Assembly: GCF_006345805.1 (NCBI RefSeq)
Contig: NC_042998.1
Span: 36,456,001-36,520,000 of the forward strand
Direction of reading: 5' to 3'
From: Octopus sinensis
Lineage: Eukaryota
Length of the DNA: 64,000 nt
Below, piece by piece: positions 25,845 to 40,380 of the stretch. Below the pieces are notes generated by a model, which saw nothing but the letters and a program-made list of their open reading frames with translations, was not told the origin of the DNA and made no database searches. Both the position numbers and the translations under genes were made by a program. Within the stretch, counting starts at the first letter, position 1, and each line of letters begins with the position of its first letter.

Positions 25845-28800
25845 TTCCAACCCACTCTAAGGAACCAACATTACACCCAGGACAAACAACCCAAACCCTG
25901 GAATAACCAAAACTCTTCCAGGAGGCCACACCAACAACCCAGACCCTGGAACAACCAAAACCTCCTCAACAGACAACATAGCAACGGGGGACAGAATCAC
26001 AACAACCAAAACCTCTTAACAGACATGTCAACGGGGTACAGAATCACATACAGCAAAATACCGCAAATAGAAGAACCCCAGGATTCCTTTTTTAGGCAAG
26101 GGCATCAGTTTCCACGACACCAGATGGTAGATACAACCCCGAAAAACCAAAAATAGTGAATCTTTCTAACCTAAACCTGTCGACACCACAAATAAAAATC
26201 CTTTCAAGAGGACTAAAATTCACCCCAACTCCACCAATACCCTAACCTGAGGGAAATACAGGATGACATCTCGCACTTTTGCAGAAAATTACGCCTCACA
26301 GAGGATTTTTTGACAGGAAAACTAATAATATCGACGAATCAATGGTCTGTAACAAAAGCAACTATAATCCCATAAAAGGCAAAAACAAAACCTTAGACAA
26401 ATTTTGCGATTACATCTCCAACTTCCCTTATGGTGAACTCCCACAACCTAAACTCAAACCCAACACCAGTAAAAGAGAATGGGAAATCATCCATACGCTA
26501 CGAGACAATCATGACGTCACAATAAAGGAAGCTGATAAGGGTAGTACGGTCGTTGTTATGAATACTGAGCAATATAAAAACTCTGTATCTCTCCTTTTAG
26601 AGGATACCACATACTACGAAAGAGTAGTCGACTACCAGCAATCCAAAACAATGACCAATCTGAAGGCACTCATTTACCAACACCGGAATGACTTGACAGC
26701 AAAGGAATGCGACTACATTACTAAATTTAATTGCAAAACCAGCACACTCTATGGGCTTCCAAAAATACACAAGAGTCAAATTATCACAGAAGCTTGCAAA
26801 AAGTCCACTTCAACCTGCATCACTATACCACATCCCACTGATCTCAAACTGAGACCAATAGTGGCAGGCCCAAGTTGTGAAACACACAGAGACTTAGCAA
26901 CTTTATAGATATCATCTTAAAGCCAATACTGAAACACATTCCAAGTATTGTAAGAGATGACCTGGACCTATTAAACCATCTCCCCAAACATGCCGATAAA
27001 GACACCTTAATCGTTTCTTTTGATGTTATTAATCTTTACACCACAATCCCACATGAATTTGGAGTGGAAGCCATTAAATTCTGGCTGGATAAATATCCCA
27101 ATGAGATCCCGGAAAGAATTAAAAAAGAATTCATAATTGAGGGCCTCAAATTTATTCTGCAAAACAACTTCATGTATTTCCACAACAACACTTACAGACA
27201 GGTCTCAGGAACTGCAATGGGTACGAAAGTTGCACCTACCTATGCAAACCTGGTGATGGCCTACCTGGAATCACATATCTATGAAAAATCCAAATATAAG
27301 TACGGCCAGTCTTTCCACAAATACCTGTTGGAGAACTGGAAACGCTACTTAGATGATTGCCTCATCCTATGGTCCCACACACTCGACCAACTTATAGACT
27401 TCAAAACCTTATCAACAGTGTAAATAACAACATTCAATTCACAATGGAATATAGTCAGGACCAACTCCCTTTTCTTGACATCCTAATCATTAAAAAGGCG
27501 TCAACATTGAAACTGACATCCATTACAAACCCACTGACTCTAAACAATACCTTCTATTCACCTCCAATCACCCAAAACAACAAAGACAAATATCCCCTTC
27601 AACCTAGCGAGAAGAATCTGCACTATTGTCTCAAATGACACAACACGAAATAGAAGACTCCGGGAACTAAGGACAATTCTTCTCGAAAGACATTACCCGG
27701 CATCACTAGTAGACAACGGAATAGAAGGGCCAAATCAATCAACATTCAAGACCTTCGAAAACCCAAACACATCCACAGTACAGTCAATAGCCTCCCTTAT
27801 CTCTCAACACACAACCCAAGGAATGCAGAAGCTTACACTATTATATACAACAACATTCCACAACTAAATCAAGACCCACGCCTGAAAAAAATACTGGCAG
27901 CTCATAAAATAATAAAAAGTAAGAGACAACCTAAATCCCTAAAAACCTCCTCACCAACGCAAAATTACACAACACAAACCCACCGCCCACCATCAAAAAA
28001 TGTGGTCGCCCCAACTGCAAGACCTGCATCCACCTCATTGAGGGATCATCGTACAAGTTCCACTCGGGACACACACATCATCATAAAAAATAATTTCACG
28101 TGCGCATCAAAAAATTTACTCTACGTCATAAGGTGTGAAGGATGCCACGAAGATTACATAGGGCAAACGAGCCTTACCCTCAGAGACAGAATGACAGTTC
28201 ACCGACAACAACTGAGGGACCCCTCCACAAGACAGATACCACTAAGTGGACACTTAGACCTTTGTGCACACAATAAGTCCCCCAAATTCTTAGTCTTCCC
28301 ACTATACCAATGCTCGGACAACACCACAGACCAAACACGAATAAATAAGGAAAGTAATCTTATTCAAAAATACAGACCACAACTAAACATACTCTAACAT
28401 ACCCCCTGGAAACACATCCAGAGCAAGCACACAGGGACGCGCGCACGCTCACAGCATATCGTGCGGGCGGGCACATGCGCGCATCGGCACGCATAGGACA
28501 CACTAGCGGGCATTGACCGCACACATACGTGGCATGCACACGCATGCATTATATATATGTAGGTGATGTATGTGTGTGAGTGTGTGTGTTGTGTGGTGTG
28601 TGTGTGTGTTGTGTGTGTTGTGTGCACGTTGTGTGTGTGTGTGCGCGGGGTTATATAATATGTGTGTGTGTGTGTGCACTGTGTGCGCGTGTGTGTGTAT
28701 GTATGTGCGTGCGCGCGCGTTGTGTGTGTATGTGTGTGTGCACGTGTGTATATATGTGTGTGTGGTGCACTGTGTACGGGTGTGTGTGTATGTGTGTGTG

Positions 28801-28858
28801 TGTGTGAGCATTGTGTACGTATGTATGTTACATGTGTATTTGTTTTTTTTAATATATA

Positions 28859-28890
<32 letters not shown>

Positions 28891-30590
28891 TGTGTGTGTA
28901 TATGCATGGTATGTGTGTATATGTTAGTACTTTGTTTGTGTGTGTGTGCGGCATGTAGAGATATATTGAGTGTGTGTACGCTATAGGTTTGTAATTTGTG
29001 TGGGGGGGGGTGAATTTTTTATATATATATATATGTATGTGTATGTGTGTGAAAAAATATATGTATGTGCATGTATGTATGTATGTATGTGTGTATATAT
29101 ATTATAATATGTGTATATATATGTGTGTGTGTGTATGTGTGTGTGTGTGTATATTTATTTGCTTGTTTATGTGTGTATAAACATGTACATTATTTGCATG
29201 CGCATTGTGTATATGTATATTGTATGTATGTGTATTGTATATGTATGTGTACAATTAAGTATATATATGTGTGTGTATGTGTGCAGTGTATATGTATATT
29301 GTAGGTGTGCTATATATGCATGAATACATGTATGTGCATTACGTGTGTATATATGTATACATGTGTATGTATGTTATGTGTGTGTGTGTATATATATATT
29401 GTATGTATGCGTACGTGTATGTGTATGCGTTGTATGTATGTGTATTGTGGTATATGTGGTACATCTATGTATGTGTATGTAAACACTATTTATATGTATA
29501 TGTGTATATATGTATATGCATTGTCTATATATATATATTATATGTATGTACTGCGTATGTATATTGCATGCATATATTGTGTATGTATATTACTTACATG
29601 CTGTATGTGTGTATTGTATGTGTGTATATATATGCTAGGTGTATTTGTGTGATATTTTATTATGTATGTATGTGTGCGTGTGTTGTGTGTGTGTGTGTGT
29701 GTGTGGTGTGTGTGTGTGTGTGTGTTGGTATGTGTGTTATATATCTGTGTATGTTATATATAGATACATATTATATTTGTGTGCTGTGTGTATATGTGAT
29801 ATATGTGGGTGCGTTGTGTGTGGTGTGTGTGTTCTGTGTGTGTTGTGTGTTGTTTGTATGTGGTGTGTGTGTGGTTACTATGTGTGTGTGGTGTGTGTTG
29901 TGTGTGTGTGTGTGTGTGTGTGGGTATATATGTGTGTGACAAACAGACGCTATCTGACCAGCGGGCACGGACACATCTATTCACACCCGCATACTAACCT
30001 CCTGATAACCCCAAAATCATTCATGCATAAAGGGGAAGTATACACCACATTGGCTACTTCCTCTGTTCTCTCAGTTCAGCCTTCTGCTAATACCGACAGG
30101 TCAGTAAAAAACATTCTCGCCTTGTACTTAAAATATTCTGAGATGTATAAAAAAATCCATTTTAATTTTTGCTGTCAAAGGCTGTATATATATATACCGA
30201 AGATTGTATATATATACATGTAATGTGACAATTTGCGACAACCAATAATTAACGCAACCAATTCCCAATAATATATTTGTTTTATCCTTTTCTGCCAAAT
30301 TTTCCCAAATTTCTCATCACACTATGAACTTCTCTGTTACCAAACACTATATTTATACATGTAATGTGACAATTATGTATAAAAAAATTTTTGAATTCAT
30401 AATATCCAATGTGACAATTATGTAAAAACTTTTTGAATGCATAATATTCAATGTGACAATTATGTAAAAAACTTTTTTTGAACCCATATTATTCAATGTT
30501 TCCTTAAATGTAACTTTTGACAATCTTTACAAAGAGTGAAACCGGTTAAGTAAATAAACATCGTTTAAATTGCATTTTCAAACCTTTTTC
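25845..30590 (+). mobile_element. Near-full-length Penelope-like element (Neptune type), frameshifted RT + GIY-YIG ORF (about 25845-28397) and long 3' region
   Basis: IVNLSNLNLSTPQIKILSRGLKFTPTP, IKEADKG, YGLPKIHK, LRPIVAG, SFDVINLYTTIP, GTAMGTKVAPTYANL, WKRYLDD, linker CGRPNCKTC and LLYVIRCEGC..YIGQT..RMTVH..H. Ends at a (TA)n tract. Confidence 0.93.
30511..30553 (+). ncRNA. Type I minimal hammerhead-like motif (U3:A8 core variant, irregular stem II)
   Basis: TAACTT-TTGACAA-TCTTTACAAAGAGT-GAAA-CCGG-TT-AAGTAA: stem I 5/6 pairs, palindromic ACCGGT stem III, GUU triplet. Confidence 0.55.
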
Positions 30591-30592
30591 TT

Positions 30593-30644
<52 letters not shown>

Positions 30645-31129
30645 ATGTATATCAAACAACTCAATAATTCTAAAGTGCTTTGCTCCTTTCATCTGAAAAC
30701 ATATTCCAATTAATCTGTGATGGCGAATCCTTTAATTTTGTTGCTCCTTATTAATATGAATCATTAATTAGAAACCGACCTCAAAAAGAGAACACATTAA
30801 ATACAAAATAAGATTCATACTGGCGACTCAAAAATAGTAAGAAACGAAAGATTGTATGGTACAATACGGTGAAAGAAGGGTAAAATGTCTCTTTTTTTGT
30901 GACGACATCCCTAAACCTTATTTATAAACATTTTACTGTAGAAGAAAAAATACCGTTCCATTTTCATTAATGAATATGTTAAAGCGAATTAACAGTTGTT
31001 CACCAAAAACAACAGACCACTGGATGGTATGCCGGGTGGTAATGGTTTCACTTTCAGCCCTCGTATTTTAAACACTCTTGAGGTTTCAGAAAAATAAAGC
31101 GTTAGAACTCTGGGACAAACTCCTGTTGT

Positions 31130-31217
31130 TGTCGTCGTCGACGTCGTCATCGCTGTTGATGTTGTTGTTTTTGTTTGTGTTGTTGTTGTTCTTCGTCTTC
31201 TTGTTCTTCGTCTTGTT

Positions 31218-31248
<31 letters not shown>

Positions 31249-31480
31249 TTCTTCTTCTTCTTCTTCTTCTTCTTTTGTTTCTTCTTCTTCTTCTTCTTCT
31301 TCTTTTCTTCTTCTTCTTCTTCTTCTCTTCTTCTTTTCTTCTTCTTCTTCTTCTTCTTCTTCTTCTTCTCTTCTTCTTCTTCTTATTCTTCTTCTTCTTC
31401 TTCTTCTTCTTTCTTCTTCTTCTTCTTCTTCTTCTTTTCTTCTTCTTCTTCTTCTTCTTCTTCTTCTTCTCCCCCCCCCT
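31130..31480. repeat. (TTC)n trinucleotide expansion with (GTT/GTC)n lead-in
   Basis: Direct reading. Confidence 0.95.
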
Positions 31481-32309
31481 ATCTCTCTCGCATTCATTCT
31501 CTCATTCCTTACAGAAGAAAAAGGGTGGGTTCAGATATTGACAATTCTGACCATCACCGTCCAGGATAAAGTTCCCGAGACAAACTGTACATCACGAGCG
31601 TTCTTATGATTCCAGGAGAGATCTGAACAGAAAACTTTTACTCTGCCTCCATACCCGTCTGCCCTTCTTGCTAGGCACTTATTGTCAGGCGGCATGAAGA
31701 ACGCCGAAGAGATGATACACACATACACACAAACGCATAGATATTTGAAGGGAAGACTATTTACAGCGACCGCTTGTTTCATCTCAGGCATCTCCCGGGG
31801 CTGTTATAACATTTGGCACACGGCGATGTTACAAAGTGATTGTATTTAGGATAAGTGTTGGTTAAACAACTTAGGAGCATGTTGGTTCATCAGTTTTAGC
31901 ATTCAGGATTTTCTTGAATGCTCTTGTTTATGAATTATATAAGTGTGATCAATTTAACCTGAAATCACAGACAAAACTTATTTAAAAATCCCAATCCCAG
32001 CTTCCTTATCAATTCGCTTTCGAGTATACGCATTCCAACAAAATTATAATTTGTAAAATAATTTTGGATGATATCATTCTAATGGTAAAAATTAACACTC
32101 TATTATAATTATGGAAAGCTGCATCCATAATTGTAGGATGCCCAGAACAATAAACTAAAAATGGTTCAGTCACCTAATTCGAAATCTCCAATTATTACTC
32201 ATTTCATGGGAGCCAGTTCATCCAAGAATTCGAGTAAAGCTGTTATTCCATGCGCCGAAGAATCTCTATCAGGGATCACAAATATTGCCGCCAAGCCTCA
32301 GACGCCAGT

Positions 32310-32344
<35 letters not shown>

Positions 32345-32345
32345 T

Positions 32346-32376
<31 letters not shown>

Positions 32377-32377
<1 letters not shown>

Positions 32378-32497
32378 ACGGGAAGCTTTATGAAAATAAA
32401 CAAAAGACAAAGGCAGGTGGAATACAAACAAACAATTGTATTAGTATGGCGCTCAGGAATATAAATAAAACAAGTCTTTTACGTTTCGAGCCTACGC

Positions 32498-32498
<1 letters not shown>
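32377..32498 (-). mobile_element. 5'-truncated family X copy between two (TA)n tracts
   Basis: Minus strand reads AGCGTAGGCTCGAAACGTAAAAGAC...TTCCTGAGCGCCATACTAATACA. Confidence 0.65.
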
Positions 32499-32530
<32 letters not shown>

Positions 32531-32559
32531 ACAAAATGGAGTTGTAGGGTACCGCACGA

Positions 32560-33430
32560 GTGGAATTATATACGAAAGAAGGTTTGAAAATGCAATTTGA
32601 AAATATGTTTATTTACTTTACCGGTTTCACACTTTGGAAAAAGATTGTCAAAAGTAACATGCAGAAGTTTGGTTGCGTTAATTATTGGTTGTTACAAATT
32701 GCTACATTATATATATACAGTCTTTGGTAACAAGGACATGTTAAGGACATAAAAAAGTTTAACAAGTTCCTTAAAACAGTGGACACAAAAGATTACTACA
32801 TAAATAATCATTCTCAAGAACATGCTTAAGATAGTTTCCAGAAGGAATTATTAAAAAGTTTTTGGGGATATTGGTATTGGTATTGTATCTGTATATTCAA
32901 ACACGCACAGAATATTGGTTGACACAGAGTACTACAATACATATATATATATACATTCTTTGGTGACAAGATAATGTTGAGAACATAAAAAAGTTTAACA
33001 AGTTCATTGAAATATTGGTCACAAAAGATTACAACAAATATATTATACATTCTCAAGATAATTTCCAGAAGGGATTATTAAAAAGTGGTATACACGCACA
33101 GAAAATTATGAGTTCAAAAAGGTTTACATTATGATAGTAGAGAAGCTAAAACTGACCTGTCCACCATGTTAACGTAAAAGAATAGTATCTATTTCAAGGG
33201 ACACAGTAGGTGTGTTTGGGTGGGGGAAAGGAGGAGTAATGTGGAACTGAAAAGAATTTATCCTTTTTATCTCTCCTTCAAGCATCAAAGATTTAGGGGT
33301 CAGGATGGGGTGAGTGTGTGTGTCTTTGTGTGTGTGTATATACATATACGATGTGAATAGATGTGTCTGTGTGTTTGTAAGATCTGATAGGATGGTGTGT
33401 GTATATGTGTGGGCGTTTGTCAACCGCGTG
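32560..33430 (-). mobile_element. 3' region remnant of the same PLE family as 25845-30590, with hammerhead-like motif at 32613-32657 and an internal ~240-bp duplication
   Basis: Shares GACACATCTATTCACA, CAACCAATAATTAACGCAACC and AAGTAAATAAACAT..AAATTGCATTTTCAAACC with 29965-30580. Motif TTACTT-TTGACAA-...-GAAA-CCGG-TA-AAGTAA. Confidence 0.8.
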
Positions 33431-34115
33431 TGTGGTTGTCTTGGTGTTGTGTGTGCGTGTATGAGTGTGTGTGTGTATGTATGTGTGTGGATGGCATTTG
33501 GCATGGTGCTATGTGTGTATATGTGTGTCTGTATGGAGGTCAGAATGGTGTGTGTGTGTATATATATATGTATACATGTATTTGTGTGTGTGTTGGGGGC
33601 TGTTTTTGATTGGTTCCAGGGTCTATTGTGGTGTAAATAGATGTGTGTTTTTTAAAGAATTTTTGGGGTAGGATGGTGTGTGTATATGTGTGCCTGTTTG
33701 TGTGTGTGTTTGTGTGTGTGTGTGTATGTGTGTGGTTAATGTTTGTTAGTGTGTTGCGTGTGTGTTCATGTGTATGTGCTTGTTCGTATGTGTGTCCATG
33801 TATGTTGGGTATATCTGTGTGGTGTGTGTGTGTATATGCGTTTTGTGTGTGTTGGTATTGAGTATGTGTTTGTGTGTGTGCGTATATATGGTGTAAGTGT
33901 ATGTGTCTTTGTGTGTGTATATGTATACATGTGTTTGTGTATGGGCTGTTTTTGAATGGTCCCAGGATCCATTGTGGTGTAAATGGATGTGTGTTTCTTT
34001 AGAGATTTTGTAGGATGGTGTGTGTATACATGTGTGCCCGTTTGTCAATCGCGTGTGTGATTGTCTTGGTGTTGTGTGTGTGTGTGTGCGTATATATGGT
34101 GCGAGTGTGTGTATA

Positions 34116-34159
<44 letters not shown>

Positions 34160-34257
34160 TGTATGAATGCGCATGATTGGTGTTTGTTATGGTGCTGTGT
34201 GTGCGCACGTCTGTGTATATGTGTGTCTGTATGGGGGTCAGAACGGTGTGAGTGTGA

Positions 34258-34294
<37 letters not shown>

Positions 34295-34470
34295 CACACA
34301 CACATGTCTTTGTGTGTGGGGGCCGTTTTTGATTGGTCCCATGGACCATTGTGGTGTAAATAGATGTGTGTTTTTAAGATTTGGTAGGAATGTGTGTGTA
34401 TATGTGTGCCCGTTTGTGTGTGTGTGTTGTGTATGTGTGTGATTAATGTTTGTTAGTGCGTTGCGTGTGT
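33430..34470. repeat. Degenerate TG-rich tandem units of ~350 bp (about 3 copies)
   Basis: Anchors GTCAGAA(T/C)GGTGTG and TTTTGA(T/A)TGGT(T/C)CC..G.CCATTGTGGTGTAAAT recur near 33540-33640, 33950-33990 and 34240-34360. Confidence 0.7.
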
Positions 34471-34578
34471 GCTAGTGTGTGTATGTGTTTGTTCGTATGT
34501 GTGTCCATGTGTGTTGGGTTTGCTGGATGGCGTTGTGTGTGTTTATGCGTTTTTTGTGTGTGTTGGTATTGAGTATGT

Positions 34579-34621
<43 letters not shown>

Positions 34622-34686
34622 TGTTGGGTTGTCTGGATGGCCGTGTGTGTGTTTATGCGTTTTGTGTGTGTTGGTATTGAGTATGT

Positions 34687-34724
<38 letters not shown>

Positions 34725-34799
34725 TATATATAATATATTGGGTTGTCTGGATGGCGTGTGTGTGTTTATGCGTTTTGTGTGTGTTGGTATTGAGTATGT

Positions 34800-34873
<74 letters not shown>

Positions 34874-34975
34874 TATATTATATATATATATATATATGTA
34901 TATACATATATATATGTTATATATATGTATATATATATAATATGTATATATATATATATGTATATATATAATATG

Positions 34976-35022
<47 letters not shown>

Positions 35023-35069
35023 ATATATATATTATATATATGTATGTATGTATATATATATATATATAT

Positions 35070-35103
<34 letters not shown>

Positions 35104-35130
35104 ATATTTTTATATACATGTATATATGTG

Positions 35131-35340
35131 CGTGTGTTTGTGTGTCTGTGTATGTCCACCAACATCGCTTCACAATTGATGCTGGTGTGTTTACGTACCC
35201 GTAACTTAGTGGTTCGGCAAAAGATACCGATGGGATAAGTACTAGGCTTACAAAGAATAAGTCCTGTGGTCGATTTGCTGGACTCAAGTTAGTGCTCCAG
35301 CATGGCCGCCGTCAAATTACTGAAACGAATAAAAGAATAA
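35131..35340 (+). mobile_element. SINE family B 3' half
   Basis: GGTGTGTTTACGTACCCGTAACTTAGTGGTTCGGCAAAAG...CCAGCATGGCCG, followed by (AAAGAAT)n. Confidence 0.8.
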
Positions 35341-35544
35341 AAAAATAAAAGAATAAAAGAAAATTGCTAATAAATATTTAGAATTAGTTCAAAGCCCGAT
35401 TACCTGCAACTTATGTGCTCTACATGCATTGACTCATAATTATGGCTTTATATGTGACCATCTGGTTGTGACTCCATGTCCTATTGTTTACCTTTGTATC
35501 GGTGCCTACATGCACAGCGATTCTTGCTTACCCTCAATAACCTG

Positions 35545-35830
35545 TCTCCACGTGCGCCACTGGAGTCGATATAATCGACTTAATCTGTTTGTCTGTCCTT
35601 GTTTGTCCTCCCTTTGTTTAGCCCCCTCGTGGGTAGTAAAGAAATGAGTATTTCGTCTCTCTTTACGTTCTGAGTTCAAATTTTGCCGCGGTCGACTTTG
35701 CCTTTTCATCCTTTCGGGGTCGATAAATTATGTACCAGTTACACACTGGGGTAGATGTAATCGACTTAATCCGTTTGTCTGCCCTTGTTTGTCCTCTCTA
35801 TGTTTAGCCCCTTGTGGGTAATAAAGAAAT
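35545..35830 (+). mobile_element. SINE family A long-tail dimer
   Basis: Tail fragment, then AAAGAAAT|GAGTATTTCGTC restart, body and a second long tail. Confidence 0.85.
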
Positions 35831-36517
35831 ATATTTCTGTTCCAACACACCCATCTGTGTAATCTTCTTGGTATATATAGATATACATGCGTACGTTTCT
35901 ATATACCTTTGTTACATCGTGTATTTGAATATTCCAGTTCAGCTCCTATTCTATTGTCACTTATTAACAAACATTGATGTATGCTTAAATTAATATGTGC
36001 CCATATGTGTTTATGCCTCTCGCAAATATATTTTGAGTGCATATATGTAGGCGCCTCTCGAAGCCAATTCCACTATGAATAAAAAAGTATTGGCTTCAAA
36101 ACACGTTGAATGGAAAATATATGTGAAAACCTACCTTCCATTAAATTAAATTCTTTAATCTTACCACTGATAATATTTGCTTGCATTTAATCACTCATGT
36201 AGAAGCGTAAATCCTTAAGCGCAGATATGTTTTTATTAATTATTACTCAACATCTTTCTTTCATCGAATCAAAGCATTATATGCTAATGAAACTTCACTG
36301 CATATTTTTCGATACTTCTCTATTTGATTTACCTTTTAAATGTAAACAAACGTTCTTGCTGGTAGGATTAGAACATTATGCTTACACACATACATTTCTA
36401 TATATATTGTCGTATGAATCGTATTTTCCATCCTCGCTTACATTCATCTGTAGAAAGTTGCTGCAGTTTTACCTCTGAATAAGACGTAAAATGCCTCATA
36501 TTATAAAACAATAGTAT

Positions 36518-36682
36518 AAGGCGGCAAGATGGGAGGATCGTTAGCACGCCGGACAAAATACTTTGGGACTTTGCCTTTCGGGGTCGTTAGAACAAGTACC
36601 AGCTGAACCCTGGGGTCGATGTAATTGACTTAATCCTCTTCCCCCAAATTTCTGGCCTTGTACCAAAATTTGAAATCAATAT
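36518..36682 (+). mobile_element. Internally deleted SINE family A, short-tail type
   Basis: Head GATCGTTAGCACGCCGGACAAAAT joined directly to GACTTTGCCTTTCGGGGTCG; tail CTGGCCTTGTACCAAAATTTGAAATC. Confidence 0.75.
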
Positions 36683-37277
36683 ATAAAAATCGCACACATT
36701 ATGTCTTAGAGAAAAGATGATTCCTTCCACCGAAATACCCAACTCCTTATAATGTGATCGCAAATTCTTCACTAGAGAGATTTGAACTTCGAAAGTGAAA
36801 GGGAAATATCTAAATAAGAGAATGAATGGACTTTCAGCGGTGCTCTACCGCCTTTTCCATCAGCCAGTTCCAAATAAATAAAAGTAATATAACAACATAT
36901 ATGGAAAGTAAAGTCTGAAACTCTAAAGATGAAATTTACAGTTGACAAATTATAACATTACTATAAAAGAAAAAAAAAACAACAACAAAAACAGAACTGA
37001 AAATATATTGAAGAGGATTTTTTATATTTTTTAAAATCGGATTTATATAAAATATCCAAAAGCATTAATGTCATGATTCCGAAAAACAAAAGGAAAATTG
37101 TAAATACTGAAATTCGAAAAATAATTGGCAAAATACATTATGATTTTCTAATTGTTTTTCACGTGAACACTCTCTCTCTCTATTTTCTTTCCTTTCACTC
37201 TTGCTCCCAATTCTCACTACATCACTCTTACTCTCTCTTTCCTTCCTTCTTTCTTATGTTCCTTCTTTCATTCTTTG

Positions 37278-37328
<51 letters not shown>

Positions 37329-37997
37329 TCGTTATTGGTTTCTATCATTTCCCAACCTATCAGTAATGCGGAGGGCATATTAAGTAACATGTAAATGATA
37401 GAATATGACAAGAACGGAGGGAGGAGGGGGGGAGAAGAGAAGGAGCTGGAAAACTATTTCAGCAAGAGAGCATTGTTTCTTGACATATTTCGAATGACAT
37501 AAAAGATACATATTGATAATAAACAACGGCAATGGCAAAGACATCCAGAGCAAAAATGAAAAGAAGACAACAATGGTAATAACAATAAAAAAAACAACAA
37601 CGACGACGATGACGATGACGACGATGACAGTGATGCTGACAACTAAAACAACAACAACAACATTTTATAACATTGATCTTATCATCCTAATATGAAACAT
37701 ATGTACACACACACATATATATATATGTATATAGGTGTGCATGAATATATATATACATATATGCATATATGTGTATGCATATGTGTATAGATGTATATAT
37801 ATACATAATATATATATATATATACATATTATATATAATATATATATATATATACATATATATATACATATATTATATATATATATATACAATATATATA
37901 TATACATATATAATATACATATATATATAATATATATATATATACATACATATATATATATACATATACATATATATATATATATAATATATATATA

Positions 37998-38032
<35 letters not shown>

Positions 38033-38528
38033 ATATATATATATATATATAGTCGCATACATACATATTCCACCACATCTATATATTATATGTATCAGCA
38101 AAAGAAGAATGTATGTTCAATTCACATCAGAAAACGAATAAAAAAGCAAAAGATATTCACGAGAATATTTATACACATGCAAAGTAACACGTGCTCATAT
38201 ATTGACAAAGTCACACGAATGAGAAGAATACAACAGCGGATTCATATAATTTTATGTATATAATTATGTAAACGGTCAAACTTATGTGTCAGCAATCACA
38301 TCCGCGCACGAATAAATATACTATATGCATATCTTGCCGTTTTTAATTATGCATCTTATTGTAGATCTTTTTCTCTGGCTGCACATGTATACATATAGTT
38401 AGGTATATACATACATTTACATATTCATATATATATATGTATGTATAGATGCATCTCTCTCTCTCTCTATTTATCTATCTATATTTATTTATATATATAT
38501 ATACACACATATACAAGTATATAAACAA

Positions 38529-38582
<54 letters not shown>

Positions 38583-38794
38583 GTATATATATATATATGT
38601 ATATTAAATACTCAAGTACATAAATATACCTATATATATATATGTATTAATAGTAATGGTATGACAACAAAAGAATAAATGATTATATATATATGTATAT
38701 ACACACAAAAATGCATAAATACCATACACACATACATATAGATATATACATGTATGCATATGTATGTATGCATCTCTCTTTCCCTATATATGCC

Positions 38795-38831
<37 letters not shown>

Positions 38832-39487
38832 TTATATATATATGAATATATATATATATATATATATACGTATATATATATTTAAATATATAAATATATA
38901 TATACATATATATATGTGTGTGTGTGTGTCTAAATATATATATTCGGTGTAAAGATATTGCACAATATGTATTACGATCAAATTTAATATCTCTAATTAT
39001 TTTGTGACTTCAACCAAGTCTTCTCATGAAAAAAAAGATTAAAGCATTTTTCTTGATACTAGCGTTGAATTGAATTTCTTTTATTGTCCCATTCCCTAAT
39101 GGCTGACCTTCATTAAAGTGAGAAGCGCGTGCTGCAAATTTAGGCAAAATGTTTTTGCATCATTTGATGTTCTCTTCCTTCTTTAGTGCAATGATTTTGG
39201 AAACACAAAATAAAAATAATTATAGTAGCTACACGATAGTTAATTTCTCTAATGTAACGTCATACATTTCAACATATTTCGACATATTACGCATTTTTAG
39301 AAATATACAAAGACAGACAGACACACACACACATACATATATATGTCAAGCCCAACATCGAAAGCGTATTCATTTTCAGTTCAGATCTGACAGAATATAT
39401 GTGTGTGTGTTTAAATATGTACATACATACATACATACATACATACATACATACATACATACATACATACATACATACATACATACA

Positions 39488-39520
<33 letters not shown>

Positions 39521-39735
39521 GGCGAGCTGGCAGAAACGTTAGCGCGCCGGGCGAAATGCTCAGCGGTATTTCGTCTGTCGTTACGTTCTGAATTCAAATT
39601 CCGCCGAGGTAGATTTTGCCTTTTTTTTCTTCGGGGTCGATAATTAAAGTACCAGTTACGCAGTGGGGTCGATGTAATCAAATTGATCCCTTTGTCTATC
39701 CTTGTTTGTCCCCTCTATGTTTAGCCCCTTGTGGG

Positions 39736-39740
<5 letters not shown>
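39521..39740 (+). mobile_element. SINE family A, long-tail type, between (ATAC)n and (TA)n
   Basis: GGCGAGCTGGCAGAAACGTTAGC...TTAGCCCCTTGTGGGCAATA. Confidence 0.9.
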
Positions 39741-39776
<36 letters not shown>

Positions 39777-39778
<2 letters not shown>

Positions 39779-39923
39779 CGCAGGATTGCCTGTGTGGTAA
39801 GTAGGTTGCTTACCAACCACATGGTTCCGGTTTCAGTTCCACTGCATGTTACCTTGAGAAAGTGTCTTCAGCTATTGCTTCGGGCCAATCGATTTAGTGG
39901 ATCGAAACTGAAAGAACCCTGCC

Positions 39924-39997
<74 letters not shown>

Positions 39998-40180
39998 CAT
40001 ACATACATACAACATATATATACAAAATTAAGAGGGATGACCACCAAGTTGGACACCTAATTTGCTATAGATAGACGTCAAATCGCCTAATCTGTCTGTG
40101 TTTGTCCCCCCACCATCGCTTGACAACCTCTATTGGTGTGCTTACACCCCTGTAACTTTGCGGTTCGGCAAAGGAAAGCC
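39777..40180 (+). mobile_element. SINE family B with internal (TA)n
   Basis: GGCGCAGGA..GCCTGTGTGGTAAG head, GTTTCAGTTCCACTGC B box, GAAACTGAAAGAA, microsatellite and tail. Confidence 0.85.
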
Positions 40181-40241
40181 AATATAAAAAAATACACTAA
40201 TGTTGAAATTATCAGAATTTGTTATGAAGAATATACACATC

Positions 40242-40298
<57 letters not shown>

Positions 40299-40380
40299 AA
40301 GGGTGAAAAGGAACACACGAGTTGATATATATGAAAAAACAAGTAAAAAATAGAAAATGCTAAAATAATTTTATAGTGAA

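Noticed and set aside
31078-31609. Poly-Phe/Ser/Leu/Glu/Arg ORFs
   Set aside because: All frames of a (TTC)n expansion.
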